From assembly GCA_002633005.1 (NCBI GenBank), contig NMRA01000028.1, positions 1,077,556 through 1,141,555 on the forward strand: a DNA stretch of 64,000 bases, given 5' to 3'. How positions within the stretch are numbered: the first letter of the stretch is position 1; each line of letters opens with the position of its first letter. The position numbers and the translations under genes were made by a program. A model generated the notes under the pieces. The model was not told the origin of the DNA. It searched no databases and saw only the letters and a program-made list of their open reading frames with translations. Source of the stretch: Phoronis australis. Lineage: Eukaryota; Animalia; Phoronida. This document shows positions 1-14,024 of this stretch, piece by piece.

Positions 1-1687
1 AATTGTTTTAGCAAACTTCAAACTGTCCAGTGCTTCTGTATTACTTTCTAAGTCATGTCCACCACGTGAAATACACATCCCAATTCCATAAATTACACCC
101 ATTTTTGTTTTTGCCGGAAATCAGGGTATCTACTTTTATAAATTGGGAACAGGCCTTTTCGCTTCGTGCAAGCTTTATTGCGTGCAACTTATTAATGTTG
201 TAAAGAAATAAGATTGCCCCGAGATTTGTCTAGAAATGGGCTTGTACTCCTCTTTTGCAATGCTGTTGCTGAATATGACTCAAATTTGTTTTAAATAGTA
301 GCCAGTTGCCATCAAAACAAAGACATCTGTTTGTGGTAAATGATATTAGGATAGTTATGTTTCTTCCTATTCCATTAGGAGCCTGTTGACAGTGTATCCC
401 TTTGCAGACTGTCCATCTCCTGTGGTTGTACAAATAAACAGTAGCTCTGTGCCCAAGGTTTGAGTTTGTTTTTCTGATTTACTCCAACCCCTGCCTTGTT
501 AGGCTCTAGAGTTGAGGTTAACCAGTAGATTTGATAGGCACCTCTTACTCTGTGTGTGCAGTGCGAGTTCCAGGTGATAAGAGTGTGAAAAGACTACAAA
601 CTGCACAGATTACTGGCCTTTCATGGGTTCAAACAGTTTTATCGCCAGTTATGTTGGAAAACTGAATTTAATAGCGCTCCTGGAATGCACCATTTTCTAT
701 CAGCTGTGCTCCTCATGAACATTTGAGTATGTGCTCATGAATAATCTCAAGTGTCTAGTTATATTTAAAGTGTGCAATTTCAGCTGCTGAAAATTTGAAC
801 TTTCCTGAGGTGTCAAATCAAAATAGGTCATGTCCTGCTCAGTTTACTTGTCATGTGAAGTTACCGAGCTCTATTTCGTTGACGTGCTTGTGATAACGGG
901 GAAAATATCATCATCACTTAGTGTCTGCTGACTATGTTATCATAGTATTTGTCATGATAAGTCTTTTGCACAGATTTCTGGCACGACTTGTACTTAGGGA
1001 CTGTGCTTATCCTGGGATAACACTTAGTGTCGCCTGTCCCATGACAGGAATAGAATGCTCCTATCATGGCTTATCTCATAATGTGATAGGATTTGTAAAA
1101 AATGTTCAGGAACCTGTAAATCTGGGTAAAGGCTGTGGGACATAAAAGCTGTAGCATTACTGATTGGAGAGACATCTGGTGGCCATACCTTCACATTTTA
1201 TGGTTGGTGTTCTTTATATACTTTACACCTGTTGTCAGATATAATGATGAAGCAAAATAGTTTGAAGATATCATGGAAGCTTTTGACATTGTGGACCACA
1301 GATTAGGGATTTTAGTGTCTTCATTTGAGAGGTGTACTGTTCTTTATCTTGTCTGAGAATTGGTCTTGGAACAATAAACCAGGTTACCTCATGGCGTATT
1401 GTTATGTTAGTCATAAGTAGCGATTAATATACACTGGTCGTGGATGTCAAGTAAGATGTAAGAAAGTACTGATGACGTAAAGACTGAAAGTCAATGCTCT
1501 GTGATATGAATGTAACAAAGTGATAGTATGAATATTCTAATGTTCTTTTTGTTTGCACTGACTGTTGTTGTGTAACTCTTTTGCGTGAATGAATTTGCTG
1601 TTGAAATAATTTTTATAAATTGTATGATATGTCTCTGTCACTTCAGTATCTTGTTGATAATATCTCTAATTGGCATTTTATTTCTAG

Positions 1688-2788
1688 GCGACAACAGACA
1701 AATTGAGTACTCAATTTTGACGGGTGATGTCAAAGGTCAGTTCCGCATCAATAAAAACACTGGCGTCATATACACTGCGCAGCCATTGGATAGAGAAAAA
1801 CAACCTAGTTACAGTCTGACAGTTGTCGCCACGGACAAGCCCAGTGACTCTAGTCAGAGGCTGTCTAGTTCTGCTACTGTTGATATAATTCTGCAGGACG
1901 TCAATGATGAATATCCAGTGTTCACCTCACCAGACACTGTCTGGGTGTATGAGAACTCAAATGTGGGAACAACGGTGGCCACGATCCATGCACAGGACCT
2001 GGACGAGTCTGCTAATGGTGATGTACTGTACTCTCTGGGACCTGTTGATGATAACATGTTCACCATAAGTCCAACTCAAGGCTACCTTGTGGTCAATGGT
2101 GGATTGGACCGGGAGACCAAAGATGTATACAGCTTAACAGTCACTGCTAGTGATCGAGCCACTCCGCCAAAGACGAGCCAGCAGAAACTTACCGTGAGAA
2201 TTCGAGATGAGAATGATAACACACCTATTTGGGAGGAGAAACAGTACCGCACCACTGTGCCAGAGAATGCTCAGGCTGGCCGTAGCTTGCTCACTGTTTC
2301 GGCAACTGATGCTGACGTAGGCCTCAATGGTAATATCAGGTACTTCATTCTGTCTGGTGATGACAATCAGGACTTTGAACTAGAGCGGAAAACAGGTGTG
2401 CTGCGTGTTCTGAAGAAGCTGGACTATGAACGTAAGAAGTCATACGCATTGATTATTCAGGCCGAGGACAGTGGAACGGACTTGCGAATGGACACGGCTA
2501 CTGCAACCATTTTGGTTACCGACGTCAACGACAATGCGCCAGTGTTTCTTCACTCGCCATACAAGGCGTTTGTACAGGAAAACATGGCCACACTTCCTGT
2601 CTTTGTGATGCGGCTATCGGCCCATGATGCCGACTCTGGGGACAATGGGAAGGTGTCCTACATCATCCGGGAGGGGGATGAGGGTATATTTGAGATCAAC
2701 TCCACTACAGGGGAGATAAAGGCCACACAAGCGCTAGACAGGGAACAAAGAGATAGCTACCGACTGATTGTGACTGCAACAGACAGGG
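1688..2788 (+). CDS. FAT4: Fat4-like exon, cadherin repeats (phase 1-1)
   Basis: tttctag|GC acceptor, G|gtaagg donor; LDRE/LDYE and DxNDN motifs. Confidence 0.93.
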
Positions 2789-5700
2789 GTAAGGATCTTC
2801 TCGTCTTGACTTAGGTGTGCCTTTGTATGAAATGAAAGGAAGAATGTGTCTGTTTGCCTGCCTTCCAGTGTGCATGTGTACACTAATGAGAGAAACACCT
2901 TTTTGCTTTTTGGTTCCTTGTGGATGAGCTAGCCAATAGTTTTTGAATCACTTTATTCAAGTTGCTGTATTGCTATTATCCATGCAACTAGGAGACAAAA
3001 AATAATGGATTAACAATTTTTGTTTTGAATCCTTAGTCTTTTAGATTTTGGCCTTCAAATAGTTTTTAATATCATATAATTTTGCTAATTTAAAAAAAAT
3101 ATGTTTTTTGTCAAGAGTTCCCTTTATGTTCAACATTTTGCCTCCCCTTGGGGTGGTGTTTTGTATCATACTGTCCTGTCTAAGCTTATTTTACTCTCCT
3201 TTGTTCTACCTTTATTAGTTACCTGTGTATTTTGTTTTCTTTTTGACACCCAACACTACGCTTCCACTGGTTCACCTCACCTTTGATGCTATCTTCTCTC
3301 ACTATTGACTGGTCCTAACAATTCACCATTCAGGAGCAAATAACAGGCTAGGCCCTCCAGGTGGTTTATACCCAAAAGACCGACCCTGCTTTCACGTTCT
3401 CTGAACATTGTTAGTGGATCAAATTTATAGCCAAACCTTTTTTACCTTTGTTGGTCAAAGAATAATTCGACATGACACGGGCCCTCAGAAGTTGTTGGCA
3501 ATCGCTACACTCTTAGGGATTGTCTTGTTTCTATAACAAACGCTCCTAGCAATGTGTGTAATTTTAGGATTACAATGCAAAAATTTTTGCCAGATTAATA
3601 GACGACACCAACTCTGCCGTTTCTAAAAGGTCGGGTTTGTGTTACACCTGCAGGATTCTGTTTTGATAATTTTTTGAGTAATGGGATTAAAATCTCCCAC
3701 TGGCATCGTCATACATTTGTTGTGTTCATAGACAAAATGGTTTGAACCATCCCACATCTTTTCCATTGGCACATTTATGCGATAACTCTATGCTAATACA
3801 GGTGAAATGTACAGGAGTTGCGTGTCTTAAAATGGCTCTTCCCGAATATAAAATGGATACTGCCTACTGGAATCTCATCGGTCCCTGCATCAACAAGTTG
3901 AGAGACTTGGTGAACTTATTACATCTTCAGACTGTCTAGTTAGGCTTCCCTTGGTCTATGAATAGCATTATGGGGCAGTGTGTTGAGATCACCAATCTCT
4001 TCAAATCCTGCAATCCAACATTACTTACTGTTTTTATAGGTTCCTTCTTGCTATCAAGATGGAGATCAACATTTTATTGAATGATATGATAAAAAGCCTG
4101 CAGGTCAAAATCTTGACCCGAGAATCGAATTTTCAACTTAATCCACATAAGTTTATAGAACCTTGTTTTTAACCATGTACAAGTCGCAGTAAAACCACTG
4201 TTTTCCGTAAATTTTACTATAATGAAATGTCCTGGTAATGTGTGTGTGTGTTCAGGCTATAATATCTATACCAGTATGGTTGTGTAGATTGGTCAATATT
4301 TGTATTCAATACCAGTAGTAGGATGATCAGATTATCTTGAATGTCCTTGCCAACCAAAGTATATCACAGCTGATATCCTACCCACATATGTCATGCGCTC
4401 TTACATGACACTGTCTGCTCATCCATCTGGCTGACAGTAGTCGTTAAAATAAATCGCTTCTATCTGATTGAATGGACTTGCTTTTGTTGAAAATCTATGT
4501 ATCATAAAGAAAGATGTGACATTTCCTCACTCCTCGTTTGTATTTATTTTTTTTTTGAACGATTTAGTTAGTTGTTCACTTTGGCAGGAACATGATACAT
4601 TGATATTCACGAACAGATGATGGGACAGTGAACCCAGATGTGATTTCCTGCAGTAGTAAGAATTAATGATCAATGGCACCATTAGTTCTGTTTATAGGTA
4701 CTGTGCTATGAGGAATTATGCAGTCTCTTTTTGACAAACACTGAAGTTACCCTGCATGACACTATATTAAAAGACATTAAATTGTACATTACTGTGGTGC
4801 ATAAAGTATGGGTTTGTGTAGGAAACAACACCATAATGATCATTGCAAGGTTTAAAGTGTTAGAAATGAAGTTAGTTTCAAAGCACCTTTACTGTTTGAT
4901 GACCACATTTTGTTTGACGGAACCAATCAGTGGAGAGGGTTTGTTACAAATCTATGACTTTATGCTAAGGGTTGAGTTTATGGATGTCAGTTCTACTCAT
5001 AACTCACTTGGAATTACTTTCATGACGCCATTCATAGCAGTTAGGCATGTGAAACTGTGTTAACTCAGCAAGGTGATTACTCAAATAAACCGCCAAAAAC
5101 TGTCGTGGCTAATGTAATTATGAATTAACACATTAAAATTTGTGATTTCTCAACAGTAGATTGATGCAGATGTAATATGTGTTAAATTCTTTAATTTATG
5201 GAGATTCTCTCTCGCGTTGTGGCCCACTGCTTCTTGCCTAGTGCTTCCAAGCATTAATTTTTATTAGTGATCCACTTTTGAATCGTAATGATTTTACTTT
5301 GGTATGTTTTCTTTTTGCTTTGTTCCAACAGTTACATGTTTTTCTTTATTGATTTCACGTTGTCATTGTCAGGAAATAAGGTGAATTGGTTATGAATGAT
5401 TTACCGATTTCTAGTAATGATTCACACTATATTGATTAGTGTATAGTGACTTTGTGTACTATTTGGGCCTGTTGCATCTTGTTCAGCCAATGTTCCCTAG
5501 CTGAAATAAACATCTGAGAGCTGCCAATTGCAGCTAGTCTCATGTTACACAGCCATAACTTTGAAATTCCCAAATGAACAAGAAGGACCATGTGTGCATT
5601 TGTTTTGACTTGCCTTTTAGTGCAACAATTCAAATTCTTAAAATAAGTAATTCTTTACTTATTTAGCACACGATAGGGCACATGAGTGCAATTCTATTAA

Positions 5701-5888
5701 ATTGTGAATTAATTTCTTCACAAAAATTGAAAGTTAGAAAATTTTAATGTATCACAAGCATGGTTTGTATTGTGTAGATGTCAGAAAGCAACATTTGGGA
5801 AGGTTACCATTACTTGCTACAAAGCAACCAGCCTTTGAAATATGAAAATTGCAGTTTTGTCAATTCTTTTTTTGTGAAATAAGCGGAC

Positions 5889-6072
5889 AAATTTTATTGT
5901 GCTGAGAATATTGTAGAATTCAGTTTCAGAAACATTAAGTCCAATGTAAATTTTATTGTGCTGAGAATATTGTAGAATTCAATTTCAGAAACATTAAGTC
6001 CAATGTAAATTTTATTGTGCTGAGAATATTGTAGAATTCAATTTCAGAAACATTAAGTCCAATGTAAATTTA
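5889..6072. repeat. 59-bp tandem repeat, ~3 copies
   Basis: aaattttattgtgctgagaatattgtagaattc.. recurs at 5889, 5948, 6007. Confidence 0.92.
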
Positions 6073-6170
6073 ATGATGATGATATGCGTAATGAAATATT
6101 TATTAGAAACCTCAACTTTGCATGGAGTTTGATTCAAACCTTCTTGACACTTCTCTGGTTAGGTATTGGT

Positions 6171-6381
6171 TGTTGGTTTTATACAACAAATTCACCTGGA
6201 CATAGCTTGGGCAAAGTGTTGGTTTTATACAACAAATTCACCAGGACATAGCTTGGGCAAAGTGTTGGTTTTATACAACAAATTCACCAGGACATAGCTT
6301 GGGCAAAGTGTTGGTTTTATACAACAAATTCACCTGGACATAGCTTGGGCAAAGTGTTGGTTTCATACAACAAATTCACCA
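6171..6381. repeat. 46-bp tandem repeat, ~4.5 copies
   Basis: tgttggttttatacaacaaattcacc.ggacatagcttgggcaaag units with no spacers. Confidence 0.92.
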
Positions 6382-7640
6382 ATACCCTTCTTCCTTGTGT
6401 GGTCTGTGTTGTATATGTACAAAGCCAGGGTTGCTATAAACTTGCCCTCTGGTGCCGATTTGAGGACAGGCAGTTCTTAGTCTTCATACATTCACATTAA
6501 ATTTTAAGTACCAGTTCGCCAGTAAAACTACATTCGGATTATTTTACATTTGATTTCAAGGAGTATGGTAATGAGCTCTCTGTCTATTTTGTCATGTTCA
6601 CCCTGTGCAATATGGTGATAATTAGGAAAGTTATGGGCGGGCTGTCTTGTGGAGCTAAAGGATATCCCATGACATAGGTTACATTTCAAGTTGACTGGCT
6701 AGGCAAAATAAACTAAATCTGATCTATGGGGCACTTCACTCAATCCTGCAGTTAATGTCTGTGGCTGTCTGCTGGAATGTACTGTGTTTATTTTTCACTG
6801 TTCAATTTGTAAATGGTTTTGGACATTGGGTGCCCTGTTGTGACTGGTAGTCCCTAATGGAACACCATTAAAGGGTTGTGGAGAGTCTTATTTGTTGAAA
6901 TGTTGCTTGGTTAAAATGGAGGCTGTCAATTTACTACAATTAGAATTAGAATTAGACTTCAGATTATGTTTGGTTTCACAGTTGACATGTTTCTGCTTGA
7001 GAAGTTTTGGAAGAACATTTGCCAATTTCAGTGATAATATTTATAGTATTCAGAAATATGTAAATTTTCACTATTTAATTTGTAATTACAACAATGACAA
7101 TGGCAGTGGAAATGGCAATAGCAACAATAACCATAATAATTGTGTCATATAAATTAGTAACATAGTAATGGCTATAAAACAAAAGTAATATAAATAGTAA
7201 AAGTAATGACATTAAAAAATCAAGTAGTAATGGAACTAGTAATGAATTTTCAAATACATAAAGACTGGTGATAGTAAAATAAACATCATTATAAATCGGT
7301 TTTAAACAAGCTGTAAGGGTTGCCTGGTAAGAGCAGCTGCGTTAATATTTCTAATATTTCTATTAACATCCCTTCCCATTAATACCACAACTCCAGTTTT
7401 GTGGAGTTTCTGCTAGTGTGGAAGCATAACTCCTTGACTAAACAGCCATTGCAACTGTTATGCTGAAGGTCGTGACCTGCAATATTGTGATACAGTAATG
7501 CCATATAGTGTTTAATCCCGAGAGCTAGCGTTAACTCTAAAATTGCTCCTTGAATTATTGAGAAAAGTAAGCAGATTCGGATTCCGCTATTGGGGAATTG
7601 ACATCAAAGTTTGTCCTTGTTAGCTTATGTACATGTTTTC

Positions 7641-7743
7641 GTGTAAAACCTGTGACCAGACATTTTTGTGTAAAACCTGTGACCAGAAATTTTTGTGTAA
7701 AACCTGTGACCAGACATTTTTGTGTAAAACCTGTGACCAGACA
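7641..7743. repeat. 27-bp tandem repeat, ~4 copies
   Basis: gtgtaaaacctgtgaccagacattttt. Confidence 0.92.
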
Positions 7744-8429
7744 ATTTTGCTGCAAACTGAAACTGTAGAATATTCTGACTGTGGCAGTGTTTTAACTTTG
7801 TCTTGTAAAAGCCCTTAATTGAGTTGTCCAACCTGCTTCTACCAGCTGTAGTCCCAGATTATCTGCAGTGATAATCAGCAATCAGTTAAGGTCAACTGCT
7901 TCTGATGGATCTTCATGTGTGACTGTATGTGGTGTAAGGGATATGATTGGTTGATTGTCCATGAAGATGGTATCTGGAAGGTTCTTGTTGACATGTTAAC
8001 TGGCTGGTAATTGATGGTGCAACTGTTTTCACTATTTTCACTTGTAATTTCTTTTCTGGTTCTTTATTTGAAAGTGCTGTTGGGGTATATGAAATAAGTG
8101 GGCTGTATTTGTTGTCTGAAACTTACGTTCTTCTTACCTGGTGTGTCACAATGGTTTATCCTTTGAAGTATTTCACTCCTTGGCCACAGCATTTGTTTGG
8201 GAACAAAATCCCGAGAGCTGTCTCTACACATTATGTCTATTGTTGACTTGGTTATCTTATTTAAAATTACATCGAAAATCAAATAAAGCTTAGTCGAATT
8301 GTTGCATGACCTTATCCATTCTTAACTTTCCTTAACATTTCAAATGCAACATTGTCCAAAAAAATAATTGGATCATTTTTTTGTTGAATGTGCTGCCCTG
8401 CATGCTAAATAGTTAACTAATTTTGACAG

Positions 8430-8610
8430 GCAACCCGCGACTCACGGGAACAGGCACTGTGGACGTACGTGTTCTGGACGTGAACGATCATTCCCCAGTC
8501 TTCCAACAGATGTCCTATTTGGGACAGGTCCCAGAGAACTCGGTCGCTGGTACCCAGGTGCTAATTGTCCGGGCAACAGATGGCGATGTTGGAGCCAATG
8601 CTGAAATACG
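8430..8610 (+). CDS. FAT4: Fat4-like exon, cadherin (phase 1-2)
   Basis: ttttgacag|GC..CG|gtaagc; GNPRLTGTGTVDVRVLDVNDHSP continues ATDRG of the previous exon. Confidence 0.92.
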
Positions 8611-10002
8611 GTAAGCGGGTTTTGTGCAAAATCTATGAATTTTCTTGGGTTTGAAAAAGAAACATTTGTGGTTCTCATTATTTGAGCTGGTGTCTAATTT
8701 TGTAGAAATAATGATAGAATGTGGTTATTGATGATTTGAAAGGAATAAAAATGAAATTATAAATTTCTAACCTATGCAAACGAAAACACTTTCTTAAGTA
8801 ATTGTTACATCTCTTAAAAATTGTGTAAATTCTGTCATTTTTGGCCAGGTTTCGATGCTCAAATTTGAGGTGTCCACCATTTACTATAAATATTGAAGTA
8901 TGTGGAGTATGTTTGTTGCTGCATGGCGTAGGACAAACGCTTTGTCTGTGACAGTGAAGCATATCCATTTTATTACAACTATACAGACAAATGTAGTTTC
9001 ATGCTGTTTTATTTCATTTCATTTTATTTTTTACGAATTTTACGTTTCAATGGCAAGCAACAACACTCTAACACAAATTTTGAGTGTGGCGATGCTGGTA
9101 GTCGAAAACTATGATTCAGTCCAACATCTGGTTAACATTAGGGATGTTGCCAATACCCATGGTAAACTATATTTCTTGAGTTATGGTAGAAATATTTACT
9201 TTGTTGTGTGTCCCCAGAATACCTTCTGTTGAAGTATGTGGCCACATCCTTGGAAAAATGGGCAAAAATACATTCTCATTGCGGTTATTCTAAGCATCAG
9301 CACTGCCGGGGATTCTGAGCATCTGCGCTGACCATGATAGTCATTGGTGGTTGTAACTCGAGAGCACCATTTGCGGTCAAGTCTTTCACTTAGTTTTCGT
9401 GGAAGTTCACCATCAATTTTGATGACTTGACCGTTGAGCACGTGGCGACCAGGCTTTGTGCTTTTAAAGAATGGCCTTAGTCAGTCTTGCTGCACTTTCT
9501 AGACGAATTTGATTGATGCGGCAAAATGTGCACTTGCGATAAACAGTTGGCCAAACAGAGAACAGAAACCATTATTGGACCATTGAAATGGCTGCAGTTA
9601 GTTTCTCTCAGTGTCTGTGTTTATTTTGCGGTCTTTGTTCTATGGATTGTTTGGAATATGAAATCCACTTAGAGGACCCAAGAATTTGTAATGTTGTTCT
9701 AGTTGATGCCTGTTATTGTGTTATAGTTGGTTAGAGCAGGCTTTAGAATACCTTTAAACTATAACTCATGTGGGTTATGTTAGAATCTAATAACAGATCT
9801 AATTTATTTCCATTGGCACTGGTAATTCTTTCATTCACTTTCTGCAAAATGTTCTGAGAAAGCCAACTTGAAAAATGATTTATTTTTCAGTTAGTATGGC
9901 GCTGATCACTTGAGAAATTCTCTGTGTGTGAATTTAAATATATCCAGTCATGGATTATGCTTAGTACAACAAAACTTTATATTGGACATCTTCTGTTTAC
10001 AG

Positions 10003-10256
10003 TTATCACCTTGACAACAACGCAGGTGGTCGTTTTGCCATCGATGCTGCTTCTGGTAAAATTGTCACCAGCAACGTGGCTCTGGACCGGGAACGCGAGG
10101 ATCAATACTCCCTGGTGGTGGTGGCCACAGATGGCGCCAGTAGCCCTCGTCAGGCCACTGCACATGTCACTGTTCGTGTACTGGACGCTAATGATAATCA
10201 GCCGGTGTTCCAGAAGTCCAGCTATGATGTCTACATCAGGGATAGCACCAACAGTG
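10003..10256 (+). CDS. FAT4: Fat4-like exon, cadherin (phase 2-1)
   Basis: tttacag|T TAT CAC..AGT G|gtgagt; [26 protein letters not shown]. Confidence 0.92.
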
Positions 10257-10841
10257 GTGAGTCATCTAGCACTGGCTATTGCCAAAGTGTATTTGCAACA
10301 CTCTAAGGTGGAACAGTGCATTCTTCAAGACTTCTCAAGAAAAACAAATAGAAAGAAAAATTCTCTTTCTAGCATAGTGAAATTCTGAACATTTTCCACA
10401 ATGCCAAACTTTTGAAAAATGGACTAATGGCAGTTTAGGCAATTGCTTGTGTCTTGATGGGAAGAAAGTTTATCTACTGTTAACCATGTTCTGCTCTTGT
10501 CGTCATACTCTTGGGCGTGTGTCTATATTGTGTGTAAAAAATTCATAGTTTAAAATTATGTTGCTCACATAGACTTGTAAAATGTTCTGGTTTATCTAGT
10601 AGGTAAAGTTTGTATGTTTGTTGACTTGATGCGCTATACTAATATAGAGCACTTACCCAGTTCCCTGTATTGTATGCAATACAAATACCTAATCATATAT
10701 TTAATGTTCCGGGTTTCTAAATTGATGTTGTAAGAGCACGGCTGCCTGTGATGGTTACAAAATTGACAAGTTTCAGCCAGGTATCTGCTGTGCCACAAAA
10801 ATGATATCTTAGTTGAACTTTTCTATCGTCCACTTTTCCAG

Positions 10842-12456
10842 GTGAGTTCATAGCTGGCGTGACCGCCATTGACCAGGACATCGGTGTGAATGGACGCATC
10901 GTTTACTCCCTGATGACGTACAGAAATTCGTTTCGCATCCATCAGTCAACAGGTGTCATCACTGCTGCTCAAACTTTGACCTCATCCACTCAGTCTGAGT
11001 ATCTTGTCAAGGTGAAGGCTTCTGACCAGGCTCAGAACCCCATGTTTAATGAAACTACAGTTGCAGTAAGGTTCATTGTTGGCGTGTCACGTAATCAATT
11101 TCCAACTTGGTCGACTACCAGTGAACGTTTCACTGTTGCCGAGGGCAGCACCAACAATCAATTGACGACCGTGCGAGCGAGCTCACCTGCTGGTCGTAGC
11201 ATCACGTATCACATTGCAGGCGGGAATCTCGGCTCCTCGTTCGACATCACTGCAGAAGGTGTGGTTCGTCTTGTGAAAGCTTTAGATTACGAGGAAACTT
11301 CTAGTATTGATTTGTGGATTGAGGCACGTGACAGTGGCAATCCATCACTGTCTTCATTCCTCCGTCTATCAATCACTGTTGAGGACTTGAATGATAACCC
11401 GCCCATTTTCACTGAGAGCTGCTATGTGGCAACAGTTCTGGAAAATGCCAGATATCCACATGAGGTGAAGAAGGTCAAGGCTAACGATGCTGACTCGGGT
11501 GCCAACGGTCGAGTGGGTTACAGTATCACTAGCGGCAATGTTGGGGATGTATTCACCATTGACTCAATATCTGGTGAGGTGACTGTAGCAATGAACAAGG
11601 TGCTGGATCGGGAAACCCTGGCTAGCTATTCGCTCATCATAATAGGTGTCGATCAAGGAACCCCTTCCAGATCTGGTCAAACTAAACTAGACATAACCAT
11701 CGGGGATGTGAATGATAAGGAACCTATGTTCACTAGCCTTCTGGATGCAGCCGTAGCCGAAGACTCTGTCATTGGCACGTTTGTCATCCAGGTGAGAACA
11801 ACAGATAAAGACATTGGGGACAATGCACGTCCACAGTACACTCTGGTTGATCCCAGTGGTACATTCGTCATCAATCGCGACACGGGTGTGGTTACCGTAA
11901 ACCAGCATCTCGACCGTGAATCCCACAGTCAGTACCAGCTGCGTGTCAAGTGTACTGATGGAACCTTCTTAATCCAGACTGGACTGACCATCTACGTACT
12001 GGATGTCAATGATGAAGCTCCCACATTCAATGTCTCTTTGGTCACATTCAACTTCAAGGAGAACACAGGTGCCAATCAAAAAGTGAGTTTTGTTGGTGAC
12101 CTTGTGGCTGTGGACAACGATGACAGACGTCTTCCAAATTCTGAAATCTCTTACACTTTGAAGTATCCGTCAGACAAGTTCAGTCTGAAAACGTTAAATG
12201 GTCGCGGGCAGATATTCACGAAGAAGATTGTACGGTATACGCCCCCAATTGATGGTCGAGTTTCCCCCAGCAATCGTCACAGTTTGATTGTAATTGCACG
12301 GGATAGTGGGATTCCGTCTCTGTCTTCAGAAGTGTCGGTCATGGTTAACGTTGTTGATGCCAATGATAATCCTCCTGTGTTTGACAAGACACTGTACTCA
12401 TCACCTGTACCTGTGAACTTTGCTGTTGGAAGGAGCATCATACAGGTGTCTGCAAG
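10842..12456 (+). CDS. FAT4: Fat4-like exon, ~5 cadherin repeats (phase 1-2)
   Basis: cacttttccag|GT GAG TTC..GCA AG|gtgggt; multiple LDYE/LDRE and DxND motifs. Confidence 0.92.
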
Positions 12457-12725
12457 GTGGGTAATTACAGAAAGGCTTTATTAAGTACATTTGTTCTCTG
12501 ATGTCTTGGAATAGTACACTACTGTCAGTGGTACTTTCGTTTTATTAGGAGTTTAAAGTATATGAAATAGATGGCAATCTTCATAATAATTATGTCAAAC
12601 ATATTTTTATAAAATGCCTTTACCAAGGATAGCTTTATCAATTCAGAAAATAAGGCAACAAGAGGCTGCATAATGTTAGTGTACTTTTGTTGGAACTGTT
12701 TCAAATGGCATACTATTATTTTCAG

Positions 12726-12820
12726 AGATGACATTGATTTTGGTCTCAATGCTGAGGTGGAGTATGCAATGGCTAGTGGGGGTAACGGCTCATCTCTGTT
12801 TGATATCAACCCAGCCACAG
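12726..12820 (+). CDS. FAT4: Fat4-like small exon (phase 2-1)
   Basis: ttttcag|A GAT GAC..ACA G|gtaggt; RDDIDFGLNAEVEY..FDINPAT. Confidence 0.9.
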
Positions 12821-13012
12821 GTAGGTCGTACAATGAGGTCACAGCCAGTTCAGAGGTCACTTGGGCGGGGGCAGTAAATAATAATCCTTATCCTTGTCAC
12901 TTACTTAAGTCCACTTCTTGGGAAATGAAGAAATATGCAAATTAAGCTCGTCAAAGCGAACTTGAACATTCCCTTGCCATGGCTGTGTCAGTTTTAATGT
13001 ACACTTAGAATT

Positions 13013-13347
13013 TAGAGATATGTCCAACATGGAATTGAGAGATATGTTTACGATAGAAGTAAGAGATATTTTTACCATATAATTGAGAGATATGTTTACG
13101 ATAGAAGTAAGAGATATTTTTACAATATAATTGAGAGATATGTCTACCACAGAAGTAAGAGAATTTTTTACCATATAATTGAGAGATGTGTTCACCATAG
13201 AAGTAAGAGATATTTTACCATATAATTGAGAGATATGTTTACCATAGAAGTAAGAGATATTTTTACTATATAATTGAGAGATATGTCTACCATAGAAGTA
13301 AGAGATATTTTTACCATATAATTGAGAGATATGTTTACCATAGAAGT
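13013..13347. repeat. 48-bp higher-order minisatellite (2 x 24-bp subunits), ~7 copies
   Basis: Alternating aattgagagatatgtttaccatag / aagtaagagatatttttaccatat. Confidence 0.9.
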
Positions 13348-14024
13348 GTAGCAGCTTAATTTTAGAATGGCTGAACCACTCAATAATTTTTTTGAGTTTT
13401 TGTTCTCTTAATGCCCCTGTTGGAAGTAAAATCCTAGCAGGATTTTATGTAGATTGGCCCATCCAATGAAACGCCCATGAGCGTTTATTTGGTATGGGCT
13501 TTTATTTGGTGTTATAACTTCTGATGGCAAGTGTTCAGATAGTGAGGCGTTTATTCGGAAAATTTTTTCTTTATAGCCCACTCAGCATCAACTTTTAGTC
13601 ACAAATTCAGTTTTGTGGAGCATTTATCATTTATAAAAACGAACAAAGTGTTGACGAACTGTGCATTTATTAACATATACAGTTTTAAGTAAAAATGTCA
13701 AAGCCAGGAGACCTCTTAATCTAGGCATTTGTGTAGCCAAAACTATGACTTTCCATTTGCACACCCCCCTTTCCCGAATAAATGCCCAGGCGTTTATATG
13801 GTGTTAGTAAAATGCCGGAAAATGTTTGTTTTCCGAATACACGCCCATGGGCGGATAATGAAGGTATGATGGGAGACTTACTGACACAAAATCTGTTGGA
13901 GGTTTTGTGTGAAGTCATGCCAAATATTTTTTGGTTTTGTAGCATGTCAGAGTTACTCTTTTTGTGGAACAAAAGTTAACTTTTTGTGTTACAGTTCCTT
14001 CTAAAGCTTGTTTTGATATTCCAG

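Noticed and set aside
5889-7743. Short direct-repeat arrays as CRISPR arrays
   Set aside because: Units are contiguous with no unique spacers, there are no cas genes, and the context is an animal intron.
7627-7818. ORF with repeated CKTC as a zinc-finger or metallothionein-like protein
   Set aside because: It is the translation of a 27-bp minisatellite; there are no His ligands and no supporting splice sites.
9196-9470. Coding-looking minus-strand stretch in a Fat4 intron
   Set aside because: No recognisable domain or convincing splice sites.
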